A stretch of 64,000 bases of DNA. Origin: Candidatus Pyrohabitans jungbluthii (GTDB taxonomy: Archaea; Hydrothermarchaeota; Hydrothermarchaeia; Hydrothermarchaeales; BMS3B). Below, piece by piece: positions 60,755 to 64,000 of this stretch. Each line of letters opens with the position of its first letter. Position 1 is the first letter of the stretch. The position numbers and the translations under genes are program-made. The stretch covers positions 97,768-161,767 of the forward strand of contig MTMD02000015.1 of NCBI GenBank assembly GCA_002010065.2, given 5' to 3'. Below the pieces are notes generated by a model. The model saw only the letters and a list, made by a program, of their open reading frames with translations, was not told the DNA's origin and searched no databases.

Positions 60755-61702
60755 ATGATTCGCGATAGTTACGGCAGGCCCATAACGAGCATGCGCATAA
60801 GCATTACCCAGAGGTGTAACTTCCGCTGCCGCTACTGCCACCACGAGGGTATAACAGAAACCTCGCTGTATGAGATGACACCCCAAGAGATTCGCCGCAT
60901 CGTCTCGCTTGGGGCGCGCTTTGGAGTGCGCAAGGTCAAACTCACGGGGGGAGAGCCTCTCGTTCGTGAAGATGTGGTTGAAATCGTGGAAGAAGTTTCG
61001 AAAGTTAAGGGTATAGAAGACCTTTCCATGACCACCAACGCCTATTACCTTGCGGACTACGCCCAGGAGTTAAAGCACGCTGGACTGGACAGGGTGAACA
61101 TTAGCTTAGACACCCTTAGGCGAGAGGTATTCAGCTGGATTACCCGCGGGGGCGACCTTAGTAGGGTTATAGCAGGCGTTGAGGCGGCGATCGACGCAGG
61201 GTTAACGCCGGTGAAGATAAACATGGTGGTGATGCGCGGGGTTAACGACGACGAGATAGGCAGGATGATTTCTGAGTTCTCTCGCGATGATGTTGTTCTC
61301 CAGCTTATTGAACTGGTTGCAAGCGACCGCGAGTTCTTCCAGCGCTACTTCTATGACCTAGACGCCTTTGAGGAAGAGCTTGCAAAGCGCGCTATAGAGG
61401 TGCATGAGCGCAGGTTCATGCACGGGCGCAGGCAGTACCAGCTCAATGGAGCAAGGGTAGAGGTTATCAAGCCGATGCACAACTCGCGATTCTGCGCCCA
61501 CTGCACCCGCCTGCGAGTCACCGCTGACGGCAAGTTCAAGCCATGCTTGATGCGCAGCGACAACCTGGTGGACTTCCTCACGCCAATGCGGCAAGGCGCC
61601 AGCGACGAGGAGCTTGAGAAGCTTTTTAAGGAGGCGGTGCTGCGAAGGGTGCCATTCTTCAGGGAGAGTGGAGATGGAGAAGAAGGTAAGGGAGAAGCTT
61701 AA
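60755..61702 (+). CDS. moaA: GTP 3',8-cyclase MoaA (radical SAM)
   Basis: CNFRCRYCH, KLTGGEPL and C-terminal CAHCTRLRVTADGKFKPC. Starts immediately after the mobB stop. Confidence 0.9.
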   Translation: MIRDSYGRPITSMRISITQRCNFRCRYCHHEGITETSLYEMTPQEIRRIVSLGARFGVRKVKLTGGEPLVREDVVEIVEEVSKVKGIEDLSMTTNAYYLADYAQELKHAGLDRVNISLDTLRREVFSWITRGGDLSRVIAGVEAAIDAGLTPVKINMVVMRGVNDDEIGRMISEFSRDDVVLQLIELVASDREFFQRYFYDLDAFEEELAKRAIEVHERRFMHGRRQYQLNGARVEVIKPMHNSRFCAHCTRLRVTADGKFKPCLMRSDNLVDFLTPMRQGASDEELEKLFKEAVLRRVPFFRESGDGEEGKGEA

Positions 61703-61965
61703 GGAGCTGTTTGTTGAAGAGACGCGAGTGAATAGATGGGCGCGGGAATACGCACAGGAAAATGGCGCCCAGCGAAAACATTAGTTAAATTTTTAGCACC
61801 CTGCGACAAAAACTACTTTTGCGCATCCGAAATAAAAAGTACTAAGAGAGGTTTGCAGAGTTTGGGGTCGTGTTTTATGAGTGATTTACTGAGGTATTTT
61901 TAAATATTATTTCATTTAGAAATATGCTTGATGACTTTAAGAAAGACGTTTAAAAAATTAGTGAG

Positions 61966-62277
61966 ATGGCTATGGAATTATGCTCAAATCCCTGCATAAT
62001 TATTCCAGATAACAGAGGATACTATACCACATATGACAAAGCTATACCATATCAAAATCAAAACACTAGCCGGAAGATTCCTGCATACACCTTCCATATA
62101 TATCTTAAAAATTCAGATGAAATGAGATATGTTATTTGGACAAGCTATAAAAATCCGATAATACTGAGGAATTTGCTATTTGCTCTGCTTGTTGGTCTTT
62201 TTGTACAGGCTATTGGTATTCTTATTGAAAAAAGAGAGGAATATATACAAATGGTCAAACGTCTTATCATTCGGTAA
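61966..62277 (+). CDS. Orphan hypothetical protein with C-terminal TM helix in a very AT-rich islet
   Basis: 103-aa ORF whose composition differs markedly from its neighbours. No family recognised. Confidence 0.3.
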   Translation: MAMELCSNPCIIIPDNRGYYTTYDKAIPYQNQNTSRKIPAYTFHIYLKNSDEMRYVIWTSYKNPIILRNLLFALLVGLFVQAIGILIEKREEYIQMVKRLIIR

Positions 62278-62395
62278 TAACAAAGTTACGCCGTTAAACA
62301 CCATATTTTGTGTTTTTTAGACCATATATTGAGAAGAGTTCTACGATGTAAATAACACGGTAATCCTTTTAAGCATCTCAAATATTATTACCACC

Positions 62396-63055
62396 ATGCG
62401 AGTGGCTGCGGTAATCCCTGTGTACAACGAGGAAAAGACCATCGAATTTCTGGTGAGGCGCACCCTGAAATTTGTTGACAAGGTAGTGGTGGTAGACGAC
62501 GGCTCCAGCGATGCCAGCGCGGCTAGAGCGAGGGCTGCAGGGGCGCAGGTGATATCCCTGGGGAAAAACACGGGCAAAGCGAATGCGCTTCGTGAGGGTT
62601 TTAAGGCGGTTCGCGACTACGATGTGGTTGTAACGCTGGATGGAGACCTACAGCACTCCCCCGGTGAGATTCCTGCGCTTCTTGAGTGCATTCAGAAGGG
62701 TAACGACCTATGCATTGGAAGCAGGTTCCTCTCGGGCAGCGAGGGAATGCCTCTCCAGCGCAGGCTTTCCAACAGGCTAACCTCATTGATTATAAGCATG
62801 TTAGCAGGGAAACGCATAAGCGACCCGCAGAGCGGCTTCCGCGCCATCCGCGGTGATAAGCTAGCGCAGCTTGAGCTCAGAGCAGAGCGCTACGCCATAG
62901 AGCATGTGATGATACTGGAGGCGGCGAGAAAGGGTTTCAAGATTGGAGAGGTGCCCATATCAACTATATACGGCGAGGAGAAGTCCTACATTCACCCTCT
63001 CAAGGACACGCTTCGTGTTGTATACTACATTCTACGCTTTCTGGTGAGGGGTTAG
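62396..63055 (+). CDS. Family 2 glycosyltransferase (dolichyl-phosphate sugar synthase-like)
   Basis: VIPVYNEE, VVVDDGSSD, LDGDLQH and a C-terminal TM segment. Confidence 0.8.
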   Translation: MRVAAVIPVYNEEKTIEFLVRRTLKFVDKVVVVDDGSSDASAARARAAGAQVISLGKNTGKANALREGFKAVRDYDVVVTLDGDLQHSPGEIPALLECIQKGNDLCIGSRFLSGSEGMPLQRRLSNRLTSLIISMLAGKRISDPQSGFRAIRGDKLAQLELRAERYAIEHVMILEAARKGFKIGEVPISTIYGEEKSYIHPLKDTLRVVYYILRFLVRG

Positions 63056-63057
63056 CC

Positions 63058-64000
63058 ATGATAGTTTACTCCGACGCGTACCTTCGCCACGATAATGCCT
63101 CGCATCCCGAGAACGCCGCAAGGCTTAAAGCAATAATGGATTACCTAAAGGAAAAGCTTGAGAGGCTTGACATAACCGAGCCACGCAGAGCAACGCGCAA
63201 CCAGGTGTGTGCAGTGCACAGCGAAGAGCACTACGAGTTTATTCGCACGCTCAGCGAAGCTGGAGGCGGAAGCATCGGCTTAGACACCTACGTCACCCCT
63301 CATAGCCTTGAGGTTGCGTTGTTGGCTGCAGGAGGTGCGATTACCGCCGTTGAACTGGCTATGCAAAAAGGCTATGCCTTCGCTCTCGTTAGGCCTCCGG
63401 GACATCACGCAACCCGTAGCGAAGCTATGGGCTTTTGCCTTTTCAACAACATAGCAATTGCAGCGCGCTACGCGCTCTCGCAGGGCATGGCAAGGCGAGT
63501 GTTAATCCTCGACACCGACGTTCACCACGGCAATGGCACGCAGGATATATTTTACTCTAGCGCAGAGGTGCTCTTTATCTCACTCCACCAGCATCCCCTA
63601 TACCCTGGAACTGGCTACGTGGAAGAACTCGGCGAGGGCGAAGGCCGGGGATTCACAGTAAACATCCCCTTGCCTCCGGGTACAGGTGACGAGAGCTACC
63701 TGCGCGCTATCGAGGAGATTGTCCTACCGATAGCGGAGCAGTTCTCCCCTCAGCTAGTGCTTGTTTCGGCAGGTTATGACACAGCCAAGGAGGACCCCCT
63801 CGGTGGCATGCTCTTAAGCCAGAGAAGCTACTATGAGATTGGGAGACGGGTAAAAGCGTTGGCAAAGCCAATCGCTTTCACCCTCGAAGGAGGCTACAGC
63901 TTGAGCGCCCTTGCGAGAGGGGTGTACTCAACCCTTGCGGGACTCTTTGGTCTAGATATGAAGGAGGCGCGCAGGGAGGAGGCGCTACTGGTTAAGGCGG
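63058..64000 (+). CDS. Histone deacetylase/AcuC/AphA-family deacetylase, 3' end cut by window edge
   Basis: Not in the ORF track because it is open at the window edge. Hand translation from ATG 63058 gives MIVYSDAYLRHDNASHPENAARL..., RPPGHHA, DTDVHHGNGTQ. Confidence 0.8.
   Translation, partial: MIVYSDAYLRHDNASHPENAARLKAIMDYLKEKLERLDITEPRRATRNQVCAVHSEEHYEFIRTLSEAGGGSIGLDTYVTPHSLEVALLAAGGAITAVELAMQKGYAFALVRPPGHHATRSEAMGFCLFNNIAIAARYALSQGMARRVLILDTDVHHGNGTQDIFYSSAEVLFISLHQHPLYPGTGYVEELGEGEGRGFTVNIPLPPGTGDESYLRAIEEIVLPIAEQFSPQLVLVSAGYDTAKEDPLGGMLLSQRSYYEIGRRVKALAKPIAFTLEGGYSLSALARGVYSTLAGLFGLDMKEARREEALLVKA

Noticed and set aside
61674-61784. 36-codon ORF (MEKKVREKLKELFVEETRVNRWAREYAQENGAQRKH) overlapping the moaA 3' end
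   Set aside because: It is short, has no clear ribosome-binding site and no recognisable family. It cannot be supported from sequence alone.
1-64000. Whole-window scan by eye for CRISPR arrays, rRNA, IS elements, integrases, inteins and long direct repeats
   Set aside because: No regularly spaced repeats, no transposase- or integrase-like ORFs, no inteins in atpA, atpB, the ligase or the helicases, and no long non-coding stretch compatible with rRNA, RNase P RNA or SRP RNA were seen. A computational repeat search could still find short repeats that I missed.

Overview
Gene-dense archaeal chromosomal segment: about 80 protein genes and 2 tRNAs (Leu-UAA, Thr-UGU). I saw no rRNA, CRISPR array, transposase or integrase. 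The archaeal assignment rests on A-type ATP synthase subunits (H, E, F, A, B, D), aIF5A with the hypusine loop, ribosomal protein eL33 (L35Ae), ATP-dependent DNA ligase, A/T-rich TATA-like boxes and GGAGGTGA-type Shine-Dalgarno sites. CooS plus CooC, F420-dependent Mtd, an FrhB-like protein, MptA, MfnB and an FmdE-like protein point to an anaerobe using H4MPT/methanofuran/F420 C1 chemistry and CO oxidation. That fits Archaeoglobi-, Hadarchaeia- or methanogen-like lineages, but the organism cannot be named from the window and no mcr genes are present. Most genes are housekeeping: the Moco operon moaC-moaB-mobB-moaA, a feoB/DtxR iron module, pcm, rpiA, speB, helicases, htpX and livGF. By eye (not computed), GC-rich coding DNA is interrupted by small AT-rich islets carrying toxin-antitoxin-like pairs and orphan ORFs, two of them next to the tRNAs. 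The best candidate for an undescribed system is a six-gene, translationally coupled minus-strand operon at 17526-22028. It combines a PqqD-like peptide-recognition protein and a cobalamin-type radical SAM enzyme with MfnB, an FmdE-like protein, a SAM methyltransferase and an unknown HhH-like protein. It is transcribed divergently from an unlisted 53-aa eight-cysteine ORF. Other notable items: a tandem cytochrome c-prime-like lipoprotein with two C-x4-CH motifs, a circularly permuted FrhB/FpoF-like protein coupled to mtd, an A1-only ATP synthase operon lacking I, K and C, an RNase HIII-like catalytic domain coupled to DNA ligase, Cys-rich DtxR paralogues with a palindromic box at the feoB start, and a probable non-canonical moaC start. 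All family assignments come from motif and sequence recognition by eye; no searches were run.
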